DNA of 64,000 nt from Eledone cirrhosa (GCA_964016885.1 OZ024742.1:102672001-102736000), one strand, 5' to 3'; shown: positions 12,757 to 27,351, numbered from the stretch's first letter. The notes: generated by a model from the sequence alone, not told the origin. Program-made: numbers and translations.

Positions 12757-12861
12757 CATACATACATATATATATATACATATATATGAAAATTAGAGTT
12801 AAAACTCAATTGGAACCCTGTAACTATTAAGCTCCAAGTATAAAAATACTGAGCCGATTAA

Positions 12862-13004
12862 TAATATATAGTAAGAAACAGTAAACCGTGTGTCTAAAAT
12901 TACAAGGGTTGAAAACCACATTTGTTTGAAATATTTAACCATATTTCAAACTAATGTGGTTTTTCAACCCTTGTAATTTTAGACACACGTTTACTGTTTC
13001 TTAC

Positions 13005-13013
<9 letters not shown>
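12862..13013. repeat. ~70-bp inverted repeat within the TA array
   Basis: ATAATATATAGTAAGAAACAGTAAAC..TGTGTCTAAAATTACAAGGGTTGAAAACCACATT..TTTGAAATAT pairs with its reverse complement across a spacer of about 7 bp. Confidence 0.85.
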
Positions 13014-13067
<54 letters not shown>

Positions 13068-13258
13068 CATATATATACATACATATACATACATATATAT
13101 ATATACATATATATACATACATATACATACATATATTATATACATATATATACATACATATACATCACATATATATATATATTATAATACATATATATAC
13201 ATACATATATATATATACATACATATATATATATACATACATATATATATATACATAC

Positions 13259-13340
<82 letters not shown>

Positions 13341-13367
13341 TATAATATATATATATATATATATATA

Positions 13368-13413
<46 letters not shown>

Positions 13414-13585
13414 TATATACATATATATATACATATATAATATACATAATATATAATACATATATATATACATATAATATATATATACATATATATATAT
13501 AATATATATATAATAATATATACATATATATATATACATATATATATATACATACATATATATATATACATATATATATATATAC

Positions 13586-13623
<38 letters not shown>

Positions 13624-13699
13624 TATATACATATATATATATACATATATATATATAATACATATATATATATACAAATATATATATATATATATATAC

Positions 13700-13757
<58 letters not shown>

Positions 13758-13806
13758 CTATATATATACTATATATATATAATACATACTATATATATAT
13801 ATATAC

Positions 13807-13905
<99 letters not shown>

Positions 13906-13934
13906 CATATATATATACATATTTATATACATAT

Positions 13935-13974
<40 letters not shown>

Positions 13975-13987
13975 ATATATATACATA

Positions 13988-14018
<31 letters not shown>

Positions 14019-14073
14019 CATATATATATACATATATATATACATATATATATATACATATATATATATATAC

Positions 14074-14164
<91 letters not shown>

Positions 14165-14165
14165 C

Positions 14166-14218
<53 letters not shown>

Positions 14219-14531
14219 TATATACATATATATATACATATATATATACATATATATATATATATACATAAATATATATATATATATATATATATACATA
14301 CATATAATATATAAATATATATATATATACATACATATATATATATACATATATATATTACATACATATATATATAATACATATATATATATACATACAT
14401 ATATATATATACATATATATATATATACATACATATATATATACATATATATATATATATACATACATATATATATACATACTATATATATATACATAAC
14501 TATATATATACATATATATATATATACATAC

Positions 14532-14562
<31 letters not shown>

Positions 14563-14661
14563 CATACATATATATACATATATATATATACATATATATA
14601 TATACATACATATATATATATACATACATATATATATACATACATATATATATATACATAC

Positions 14662-14694
<33 letters not shown>

Positions 14695-14831
14695 CATATA
14701 TATACATATATTATACATATATATATATAAATACATACATATATATATATATATATATACATACATATAATATATATATATATATCATATATACTATATA
14801 TATATACTATATATATAATATACATATATAT

Positions 14832-14883
<52 letters not shown>

Positions 14884-14940
14884 CATACTACATATATATA
14901 TCATATATATATACATATATATATATATAATATATATACA

Positions 14941-14995
<55 letters not shown>

Positions 14996-15010
14996 CATAT
15001 ATATATATAA

Positions 15011-15073
<63 letters not shown>

Positions 15074-15164
15074 CTTATATATATACATATATATATATAA
15101 ATATATACATATATATATATACATATATATATATATATCATATATAATATACATATATATATAC

Positions 15165-15217
<53 letters not shown>

Positions 15218-15750
15218 TATATACATATATATATATATACATATACATATAATATATATATATATACATATATATATACATATATATACATATATATATA
15301 CATATATATATATACATACATATATACATATATATATACATAATTTATACATATATATAATATATACATATATACATATATATATATATACATATATATA
15401 TATACATATATATATACATATATATATACTACATATATACATATATATATATACATACATATATATATATATATATACATACATATATATATATATAATA
15501 CATACATACATACATATATATATATACATACATACATACATATATATATATACATACATACATACATATATATATATACTACATACATACATATATATAT
15601 ATACATACATACATAATATATATATACATACATACATATATATATATATATAATACATACATATATATATATATACATACATACATATATATATATATAT
15701 ACATACATACATATATATATATACATACATACATACATATAATATACATA

Positions 15751-15817
<67 letters not shown>

Positions 15818-15882
15818 CATACATATATATATATATATACATACATATATATATATATATACATACATACATATATAATATA

Positions 15883-15944
<62 letters not shown>

Positions 15945-15965
15945 CATATATATATATATATACAT
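13014..15965. repeat. ~3-kb (TA)n/(TACA)n microsatellite
   Basis: Direct inspection. Confidence 0.98.
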
Positions 15966-15989
15966 TTTTCTAAGGGGGGTAAAATTCCC

Positions 15990-16823
15990 GAGATCCATGG
16001 ACGAGTTCTCTCCAGCGGTCCTCTGTCCCTCATATCGCTGCCATGTCCTGCGTCTCCAACAGACCAGTGTCTGTCCTTAGGGCATCAAACATACGTTAAC
16101 CTTGGTCTTCCTCTTCTAGTGTGTCCATGTAGGGGGCTCCCAAAGGAGAACTGATTGCAATGTCAACTCTGGATGTCGGTGAGCATGTCCCAGCTAACCT
16201 GTCTCCTCTGTGTCACTTTTGAGCTGACTTTTGGGATGCTCCCATACAGCTCTCAGTTTTTCATCCTCAGTGTATACTGATTAATGTTCAGAGCCGTCCT
16301 CAGCATTCTCATGTAGCACCCATCCACCATCTGATTGAGTTTCTTGGTGAGTGTCCAAGTCTCAGACCCATACAGCAGCACAGACTCCACTGCAGCAATG
16401 AAGAGGCGGATTTTCAGGTCTCTACGAAGGTCCGACTTCCACACCGATCTCAAGCTGTGGCACGCCGCCCAGGCCTTGCTCTTCCTCTCAACCACATCAT
16501 CTTCCGTATTCCCAATCTTTGCTCCCAAATACAGGAAGCCCTCAACCAATTCTAGCAGCTTCCCGCCTACATTAGTGATCCCCTCTGGCTTCTCAACATT
16601 CTCTACCAGATATTTTGTTTTAGTCTCATTCATTCTCAGCTCCACACTCATCGACACAGTCTCAACCTCCCGCATCAAATCCTCTGCCTCCTTCACTGTA
16701 TTTGTCACCAAAACTATGTCGTCGGCAAATTCAGCATCCGATACATTTTTCGCCCTAACTCTCCTGCTCTGAGCCGGTGCTACAGTAAAGCCAGAGTCGT
16801 GGTGTTTCTCCCAGTGCAAGGCG
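15990..16823 (-). mobile_element. RTE-like LINE 3' fragment (second family)
   Basis: EFADDIVL, FLYLGA, KIRLFIAAVESVLLYGSETW, DGCYMRMLR in ORF 16253-16996. Confidence 0.88.
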
Positions 16824-16827
16824 CATA

Positions 16828-16859
<32 letters not shown>

Positions 16860-16928
16860 CATACATATATGTTTATATACATACATATATGTATATATAC
16901 ATACATATATATATACATACATATATAT

Positions 16929-17540
16929 ATGGTGGCTGCCAACTCGTTTTCGAGTACGGCCACTACTTTATATCCATGTAGGAGAACCCCTACCAATGCG
17001 CTGAACGAATGTGACTTTTTAGTTCAGCCAGCGACTTGAAAACTCTGGTACAAACACTACACTTGTGACAATTATTGACACATAGTACTGGGCCCATGGT
17101 ACCATGTGACGACAAGTGCAGAGAGATCTCCAGATATAAAGCAATGCTTGTGCTGTGAAGCTTTTATAGTGAGCAAAGGCACTGCACAAAGCCAGTCCCA
17201 CTCTCTTAACCAAGATGATATTTACCAAAAAGAAGAACAATTCAACATCATTGGATACCATCAGGGTTGCAGGTGTTATATCAGAGTTTTCCTTCTCCTA
17301 GAATTCTGCCTTGACAAAGGCTAAGGGGTCATCTCTCCCGGTGATTTTGGATGGCTATTGACTCTTAAGAGCCCCTTTGCCTTTTGACAGGTTTTGTTTT
17401 TAGTCCTGCAGGATGTCCAAAGCCACCCTCCTCACCAAGAAACCTTGGTGGGGTTGCCAGTTTTAGTCGCCAACGACCCAACCATGAGACAGGTTGTACT
17501 GGGATACATGTTACCAGTAGCACCAACTGGTGACCTGACA
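16929..17540 (-). mobile_element. RTE-derived bipartite element, subfamily A, copy 1 (full length, ~610 bp)
   Basis: Near-identical to four other copies. The 3' part encodes a C2H2-finger remnant and ends GCCGTACTCGAAAACGAGTTGGCAGCCACCAT followed by (AT)n. Confidence 0.85.
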
Positions 17541-17555
17541 CACATACATAAATAC

Positions 17556-18170
17556 ATGGTGGCCGCCAACTCGTTTTCGAGTATGGCCACTACTTTATAT
17601 CCATGTAGGAGAAACCCCTACAGATGGGCTGAACGAGTGTGACTTTTTAGTCCAGCCAGCGACTTGAAAACTCTGGTACAAACACTACACTTGTGACAAT
17701 TATTGACACATAGTGCTGGGCCCATGGTACCATGTGACGACAAGTGCAGAGAGATCTCCAGATTTAAAGCAATGCCTGTGCTGTGAAGCTTTTATAGTGA
17801 GCAAAGGCACTGCACAAAGCCAGTCCCACTCTCTTAACCAAGATGATATTTACCAAAAAGAAGAAACAATTCAACATCATTGGATACCATCAGGGTTGCA
17901 GGTGTTATATCAGAGTTATCCTTCTCCTAGAATTCTGCCTTGACCAAAGGCTAAGGGGTCATCTCTCCCGGTGATTTTGGATGGCTATTGACTCTTAAGA
18001 GCCCCTTTGCCTTTTGACAGGTTTTGTTTTTAGTCCTGCAGGATGTCCAAAGTCACCCTCCTCACCAAGAAACCTTGGTGGGGTTGCCAGTTTAGTCGCC
18101 AACGACCCGACCATGAGACAGGTTGTACTGGGATACATGTTACCCAGTAGCACCAACTGGTGACCTGACA
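17556..18170 (-). mobile_element. RTE-derived bipartite element, subfamily A, copy 2
   Basis: Tandem with copy 1, separated by a 15-bp CATA-type spacer. Confidence 0.85.
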
Positions 18171-19735
18171 CAACATATATATATACATACATATATACAT
18201 ACATATATATATACATATATATATACATACATACATATATACATACATATATATATACATACATATATATATATATTATATATACAATACATATATATAT
18301 ACATACATATATACATACATATATTTATACATACATATATACATATATACATACATATATATATATACATACATACATATATATATATATACATACATAT
18401 ATACCATACATATATATACATATATACATATATATATACATATACATACATACATATATATATACATATACATACATACATATATATATACATATATACA
18501 TACATATATATATATATACATATATACATACATATATATATACATATATACATACATATATATATATATACATATATACATACATATATATATATATACA
18601 TATATACATACATATATATATATATACATATATACATACATATATATATATATATACATATATACATACATATATATATATACATATATACATACATATA
18701 TATATATATACATATATACATACATATATATATATATACATATATACATACATATATATATATATACATATATACATACATATATATATATAACATATAT
18801 ACATACATATATATATATATACATATATACATACATATATATATATATACATATATACATACATATATATATATATACATATATACATACATATATATAT
18901 ATATACATATATACATACATATATATATATATACATATATACATACATATATATATATGTACATATATACATACATATATATATATATACATATATACAT
19001 ACATATATATATATATACATATATACATACATATATATATATATACATATATACATACATATATATATACATATATACATACATATATATATATATACAT
19101 ATATACATACATATATATATATATACATTATACATACATATATATATATATACATATATACATACATATATATATATATACATATATACATACATATATA
19201 TATATATACATATATACATACATATATATATATATACATATATACATACATATATATATATATACATATATACATACATATATATATATATATACATATA
19301 TACATATATATATATATATACATATATACAATACATATATATTTATATATACATATATACATACATATATATATATATATATACATATATACATACATAT
19401 TATATACATATATATATATACATATATACATACATATATATATACTATATATATATACATATATATACATATATATATATACATATATATATACATATAT
19501 ATATATACATATATATATACATATATATATATACATACATATATATATATACATACATATATATATATACATACATATATATATATACATACATATATAT
19601 ATATACATACATATATATATACATACATATATATATATACATACATATATATATATACCATACATATATATATATATACATACATATATATATATACATA
19701 CATATATATATACATACATATATATATATACATAC

Positions 19736-19808
<73 letters not shown>

Positions 19809-20391
19809 CATACATATATATATATACATATATACATACATATATACATATATACATACATACATATATACATATAATACATATATACATATATACATAT
19901 ATACATACATATATACATATATACATACATATATACATACATATATATATATATATACAATATATACATACATATATATATTACAATATATACATACATA
20001 TATATATACATATATACATACATATATACATACATATATACATATATACATACATACATACACATACATATATATATATACATACATATATATATATATA
20101 CATAAATATATATATACATAAATATATATACATACATATATATATATACATACATATATATATACATAAATATATATACATACATATATATATATACATA
20201 CATATATATATATACATAAATATATATATATACATACATATATACATACATATATATATATACATACATATATACATACATATATACATACATACATATA
20301 TATATATACATACATATATACATACATATATATATACATACATACATATATATATATACATACATATATACATACATATATATATACATAC

Positions 20392-20422
<31 letters not shown>

Positions 20423-20750
20423 CATATATATATATACATACATATATATATATATACATACATAATATATATATACATACATATATATATACATACATAT
20501 ATACATACATATATATATACATACATATATATATACATACATATATACATACATATATATATACATACATATATACATACATATATACATACATATATAC
20601 ATACATATATATATATACATACATATATACATACATATATATATATACATACATATATACATACATACATACATATATATACATACATATATACATACAT
20701 ATATATATATACATACATATATACATACATACATACATATATATACATAC
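18171..20750. repeat. (TACA)/(TA)n microsatellite with ~22-26 bp higher-order unit
   Basis: Recurring CATATATACATACA(TA)n. Confidence 0.97.
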
Positions 20751-21185
20751 ATGGTGGCTGCCAACTCGTTTTCGAGTACGGCCACTACTTTATATCCATG
20801 TAGGAGAACCCCTACCGATGCGCTGAACGAGTGTGACTTTTTAGTCCAGCCAGCGACTTGAAAACTCTGGTACAAACACTACACTTGTGACAATTATTGA
20901 CACATAGTGCTTTACCTTTGGTACCATGTGACGACAAGTGCAGAGAGATCTCCAGATACAAAGCAATGCCTGTGCCATGAAGCTTTTATAGTGAGCAAAG
21001 GCACTGCACAAAGCCAGTCCCACTCTCTTAACCAAGATGATATTTACCAAAAAGAAGAACAAGTCAACATCATTGGATACCATCAGGGTTGCAGGTGTTA
21101 TATCAGAGTTTTCCTTCTCCTAGAATTCTGCCTTGACAAAGGCTAAGGGGTCATCTCTCCCAGTGATTTTGGATGGCCATTGACT
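20751..21185 (-). mobile_element. RTE-derived bipartite element, subfamily A, copy 3 (5'-truncated)
   Basis: Matches 16929 to about 17363 and lacks the 5' leader. Confidence 0.85.
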
Positions 21186-21430
21186 ATACATATATACATA
21201 CATATATACATACATATATATATATATATACATATATACATACATATATACATACATATATATATATATACATACATACATATATACATACATATATATA
21301 TATATATACATACATATATATATACATACATATATATATATATACATACATATATATATACATACATATATATATATATACATACATACATACATATATA
21401 TATATACATACATATATATATATACATACA

Positions 21431-21485
<55 letters not shown>

Positions 21486-21817
21486 ACATACATATATATA
21501 TATACATACATATATATATGTATACATACATATATATATGTATACATACATATATATATGTATACATACATATATATATGTATACATACATATATATATA
21601 TGTATACATACATATATATATATGTATACATACATATATATATGTATACATACATATATATATGTATACATACATATATATATGTATACATACATATATA
21701 TATGTATACATACATATATATATGTATACATACATATATATATGTATACATACATATATATATGTATACATACATATATATATGTATACATACATATATA
21801 TATGTATACATACATAT

Positions 21818-22295
21818 ATGGTGGCTGCCAACTCGTTTTCGAGTACGGCTACTACTTTACATCCATGTAGGATAACCCCTACCGAAGCGCTGAACGAGTG
21901 TGACTTTTTAGTCCAGCCAGCGACTTGAAACCTCTGGTACAAACACTACACCTGTGACAATTATTGACACATAGTGCTAGGCCCATGGTAGGACAATTAT
22001 TGACACATAGTGCTGGGCCCATGTGAGGACAAGTGCAGAGAGATCTCCAGATATAAAGCAATGCCTGTGCCGTGAAGCTTTTATAGTGAGCAAAGGCACT
22101 GCACAAAGCCAGTCCCACTCTCTTAACCAAGATGCTATTTACCAAAAAGAAGAACAAGTCAACATCATTGGATACCATCAGGGTTGCAGGTGTTATATCA
22201 GAGTTTTCCTTCTCCTAGAATTCTGCCTTGACTAAGGCTAAAGGGGTCATCTCTCCCGGTGATTTTGGATGGCCATTGACTCTTAAGAGCTCCTT
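21818..22295 (-). mobile_element. RTE-derived bipartite element, subfamily A, copy 4 (5'-truncated, short internal duplication)
   Basis: Same sequence. ACAATTATTGACACATAGTGCT is duplicated. Translates [20 protein letters not shown]. Confidence 0.85.
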
Positions 22296-22524
22296 AATAT
22301 ATATATATACATACATATATATATATACATACATATATATATATACATACATATATATATATATACATACATATATATGTACATACATATATATATATAC
22401 ATACATATATATATATACATACATATATATATATATATATACATACATACATATATATACATATATATATATACATACATATATATACATATATATATAT
22501 ACATACATACATATATATATATAC

Positions 22525-22572
<48 letters not shown>

Positions 22573-22654
22573 ACATACATATATATATACATACATATAT
22601 ATATACATACATATATATATATACATACATATATATATATACATACATATATAT

Positions 22655-23105
22655 ATCATCATCATCATCATCACCGTTTTACGTCCGTTCTTCCACGCTA
22701 GCATGGGTTAGACGGGTTGTCCTGTTGTGGGCAGTGTCTGGTCGGCTGACCATGCCTTGCTCATACAGGAACTGATCTGGCTTGATTTCTACAGCTGGAT
22801 GCCCTTCCTAACACCAACCTCATTTACAGTGAGTGCTGGGTGCTTTTTCGTGGCGCCTACACGTCCACTTTACAGTGTGGGCTGGGTGCTTTTTTTGCCG
22901 TGGCACCTCCACGACCACCTTGCGGGGGGGGGGGGGGCATATTGTTTATATGCTTCAGCATGTACCCATGGGAGGTCGGGTACCCTGTATTACTGCGTGA
23001 CGCCAGAAGTCACGGTCGTGTGTCATTGACTTTGAGAGGTGTAGTTGGGTAAGGTCGGCTTTTATCACCTCATCCCAAGTCATCTTGGGTCTCCCCACTC
23101 CGCGA
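22655..23105 (-). mobile_element. RTE LINE 3' end with (GAT)n tail
   Basis: GVGRPKMTWDE C-terminus, then UTR ACACTGTAAA..TTAGGAAGGGCATCCAGCTGTAGAAA..CCCATGCTAGCGTGGAAGAACGGACGTAAAACGGT(GAT)n. Confidence 0.85.
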
Positions 23106-23110
23106 CATAC

Positions 23111-23143
<33 letters not shown>

Positions 23144-23148
23144 CATAC

Positions 23149-23179
<31 letters not shown>

Positions 23180-23192
23180 CATACATATATAT

Positions 23193-23802
23193 ATGGTGGC
23201 TGCCAACTCGTTTTCGAGTACGGCCACTACTTTATATCCATGTAGGAGAACCCCTACCGATGCGCTGAACGAGTGTGACTTTTTAGTCCAGCCAGCGACT
23301 TGAAAACTCTGGTACAAACACTACACTTGTGACAATTATTGACACATAGTGCTGGGCCCATGGTACCATGTGACGACAAGTGCAGAGAGATCTCCAGATA
23401 TAAAGCAATGCCTGTGCCGTGAAGCTTTTATAGTGAGCAAAGGCACTGCACAAAGACAGTCCCACTCTCTTAACTGAGATGATATTTACCAAAAAGAAGA
23501 ACAAGTCAACATCATTGGATACCATCAGGGTTGCAGGTGTTATATCAGAGTTTTCCTTCTCCTAGAATTCTGCCTTGACAAAGGCTAAGGGATCATCTCT
23601 CCCGGTGATTTTGGATGGCCATTGACTCTTAAGAGCTCCTTTGCCCTTTGACAGGTTTTGTTTTTAGTCCTGCAGGATGTCCAAAGTCACCCTCCTCACC
23701 AAGAAACCTTGGTGGGGTTGCCAGTTTAGTCGCCAACGACCCGACCATGAGACAGGTTGTACTGGGATACATGTTACCAGTAGCACCAACTGGTGACCTG
23801 AC
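23193..23802 (-). mobile_element. RTE-derived bipartite element, subfamily A, copy 5 (full length)
   Basis: Near-identical to copies 1 and 2. Confidence 0.85.
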
Positions 23803-24024
23803 ACATATATATACATACATATATATATATATACACATACATATATATATACATACATATATATATATACATACATATATATATATACATACATATATAT
23901 ATATACATACATATATATATATACATACATACATATATATACACATACATATATATATATATACACATACATATATATATACATACATATATATATATAC
24001 ACATACGTATATATATACATACAT

Positions 24025-25005
24025 CTGGGGAAATAAGTAGCAGCAAGTGCCCCCAAAAAATACTAGCTCTTTCAACTGCGCAGAGGGTTCTATAGAAATA
24101 GTGGACAGCTTCCGTTACCTGGGTGACAAAATCAGCAGTGGGGGAGGGTGCTCTGAAAGTACAGTAGCTAGAGTCAGAACTGGATGGAAAAAGTTCAGAG
24201 AGCTCATACCACTATTAGCCGCTAAAGGGTTCTCCCTAAAAATGAAAGGCAGGTTGTACGATGCCTGCATACGAACAGCAATGTTGCACGGCAGTGAGAC
24301 CTGGGCATTGTGTGCAGAGGATATACGCAGACTAGAGAGAAACGAAGCTTGCATGCTCCGCTGGATGTGTAATAGTAATATACGTGAACGGCAAAGCATA
24401 AACGAACTAAGGAAAAAATTAGAAATAAGAGGGATCAGATGTTGTTTACTTGAGAGAAGGCTACGTTGGTATGGTCACGTGATGCGCATGAAGGACGATA
24501 GCTGTATAACAAAGTGCAGAGCAATAAAGATAGACGGTAGCCACGGAATAGGCAGACCCAGAAAAACCTGGGACGAGCTGATAAACTCTGACCTCACACA
24601 CTTACACCTCACCAAGACAATGTCACTGGACCGAGACCTTTGGCGGTACTCAGTAATAGAGAAGACCCGCCTTACCTAAATACAAAGTAAAACCTACTAC
24701 AGTCAGTAGGCATCTCTAACAAAATACACCCCCCGTCCCACCACCTCCACCCCATCGACACCGCCCCTTTCAATGTAAAGTTATGTTGGTGCCACAACAT
24801 CCAGGCCGAAACAAATGAGATCGTGTAGGTGTCACGTCAAAAAAACACACAGTTCACACTGTAATGTGGCCGTGTAGGCAACACGGTAAAAACCTCCCAG
24901 CCCCACACTGTAAATGTGGTTGGTGTTAGGAAGGGCATCCAGCTGTAGAAAACCCACCAGATAGTCCTATGCGAGCAAGATAACCACTCTTGCCTCAAGT
25001 GGGAA
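24025..25005 (+). mobile_element. RTE LINE 3' fragment (ORF 24047-24679 plus 3' UTR)
   Basis: [41 protein letters not shown]. Same family as 11351-12548. Confidence 0.92.
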
Positions 25006-25392
25006 ATACCACTATTAGCCGCTAAAGGGTTCTCCCTAAAAATGAAAGGCAAGTTGTATGATGCCTGCATACGAACAGCAATGTTGCATAGCAGTGAGAC
25101 CTGGGCATTGTGTGCAGAGGATATACGCAGACTAGAGAGGAACGAAGCTTGCATGCTCCGCTGGATGTGTAATAGTAATATACGTGAACGGCAAAGCATA
25201 AACGAACTAAGGAAAAAATTAGAAATAAGAGGGATCAGATGTTGTTTACTCGAGAGAAGGCTACGTTGGTATGGTCACGTGATGCGCATGAAAGACGACA
25301 GCTGTATAACAAAGTGCAGTGCAATAAAGATAGATGGTAGCCACGGAGTAGGCAGACCCAGAAAAAGCTGGGACGAGCTGATAAATTCCGAC
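25006..25392 (+). mobile_element. Duplicate of RTE segment 24206-24592
   Basis: Near-identical direct repeat beginning ATACCACTATTAGCCGCTAAAGGG. Confidence 0.9.
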
Positions 25393-26752
25393 GTCATGTA
25401 CCAGCCTGCCCCTGGTAAGCAGTACACTGAACCAAACATCTATGTGTATGGCAAACGACTTGGAGTGGTTGATCAGTTTGTCTACCTGGGAATCACTGTC
25501 AATCGATACAGCAACCTTGACAGTGAAATCTCACTCAGGATTAGGAAAGCAAGTGATGCTTTCGGAAAGCTAGAAAGGCCACTCTGGGGTCGGCGAGACA
25601 TATGCAGGAGGACAAAGGTAAAGGTGTACAGGGCATGTGTGCTCTCTTGTCTTCTTTATGCCTGCGAGACCTGGGTCACATATCGACACCACCTTAAGCA
25701 ATTGGAGCGTTTCCATCAGATGTGTCTCAGACGGATCCATGGCATTCACTGGAGGGACCACATCAGTGATGTCGAGATTTTGGAAAGCTCTATGTGTGAC
25801 AGTATAGAAGCTCTTGTGCTTAAGCAATGACTCCGTTGGAGCGGTCACCTTGCCAGGATGAAGGATTCTAGAATACCAAAACAACTCTTTTATGGAGAGT
25901 TGGTTAAAGGAAAACGACCGCCACATAAACCAAAAAAGAGGTATAAGGATTCCTTGAAAGCCTCTCTGAAAGACGCTAACATCTCTGCTGATACATGGGA
26001 GAATATTGCTGCTGATCGTAACAAATGGAGAAAGACTGTATATGAGGGAAAAGTTGCCTTTGAGGCATCTCGAATCGCATACGAGAAAGTAAAGCGGGAT
26101 GTGAGGAAGGGCATTGCTGTTGCACTTCCAGACGGCGAGGGTCCTCCTATGGTGCTGACATGCAGCGTATGTGCGAGACTCTGCCTAAGCAAAGCTGGAC
26201 TCGAAAGTCATCTTCGCAGTCATAAAGTAAGACCAGTGGTTGACTACCAGGCTGCTGTTGGAGATGCTACTCATCATGCTTGCCAAACATGTGGTAGAGA
26301 ATGTAAATCAGCAGGAGGGCTCAAGCGACATGCAAAAGTACACGAACTCCAACCACAGCCGACTATTCCCAGTGAATGTTTTGGTTGCCGACTCTGTGCA
26401 AGACATTTTAGATCATTGGCTGGGCTAAAAAGCCACATTCGATCGCAGCGCTGTTAGTTGCTATAGTGTGTGTGTGTGTAGATATGCTTATGTGTGTGCG
26501 TGTGTGTGTATATATATATATATATATATGTATATTATCGTTGTTTACTTATTGTTATTATTATTATTATTATTATTATTGTTATTAATGTATGTGTGTG
26601 TGTGTGTGTATATATTTGTATGTATATGTATATATATATATATTTCTTTTTTTCTTTTTTTTAATTTATATTTTCTTTTTATTTATTTATTTTTTTTTTT
26701 TTTCTTTCTCCTCGTGCAATGGCCATACTCGATAATGAGGGGGCAGCCATCA
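25393..26752 (+). mobile_element. RTE (BovB-like) LINE 3' fragment with three C-terminal C2H2-type fingers, in-frame stop at 25828-25830
   Basis: VMYQPAPG, FVYLG, TKVKVYRACVLSCLLYACETW, LERFHQMCLRRI, RIPKQLFYGEL, then CxxC-x12-HxxxH twice plus CxxC..HIRSQRC. The tail CGTGCAATGGCCATACTCGATAATGAGGGGGCAGCCATCAT ends at 26752. Confidence 0.92.
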
Positions 26753-26802
26753 TATATAAATATATGTATGTATATATATGTGTGTGTGTGTGTATATGTA
26801 TG

Positions 26803-26855
<53 letters not shown>

Positions 26856-26864
26856 ATATGTATG

Positions 26865-26899
<35 letters not shown>

Positions 26900-27179
26900 A
26901 TATATCTATATATGTGTATATGTATGTATATATATATGTGTGTGTGTGTGTGGGTATATATAAATATGTACATATGTATGTCACCTCTCAAGCGTGAAAC
27001 TAATATTAACATTTTGTGCTGCTTCTTCGTTTCCTCGTTGTTGTTTTTTTTTGTTTTCTGTTTCAACTATAATATATATATATTACCCTTCCACCGTTTC
27101 CTGTCACCCCCATTTTTCTAAATGTCTCTCCCCCACTCCCCAACACACCCTTGGAACTCTCTTCCCACACACTTTTCGC

Positions 27180-27207
27180 CTGAAGAAGGGCTTATGCCCG
27201 AAACGTC
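27180..27207 (+). ncRNA. Minimal hammerhead-ribozyme motif in a Penelope-like pLTR remnant (~26985-27290)
   Basis: CTGAAGA-A-GGGC(TTAT)GCCC-GAAA-CG-TC: intact core and stem II, but stem I is not evident. GCGTGAAACTAAT occurs as a direct repeat at about 26992 and 27228. Confidence 0.65.
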
Positions 27208-27320
27208 CCCTCCCCCCAGTCTCAAGAGCGTGAAACTAATAAACTTTTGTCCGTACTGCCTCTCTGTTTTGTTCCCGTTCCATTTTTCACTATATATATA
27301 AATATGTATATATATATATG

Positions 27321-27351
<31 letters not shown>

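Noticed and set aside
17019-17324. Recurrent 70-100 aa ORFs (MVSNDV..., MTTSAERSPD...) in five places
   Set aside because: They recur because the non-autonomous element is repeated. Frames are not consistently preserved and there is no domain beyond the finger remnant.
25858-26457. Stand-alone C2H2 zinc-finger gene
   Set aside because: It is the in-frame continuation of an RTE ORF past a premature stop, and it is followed by the LINE tail.
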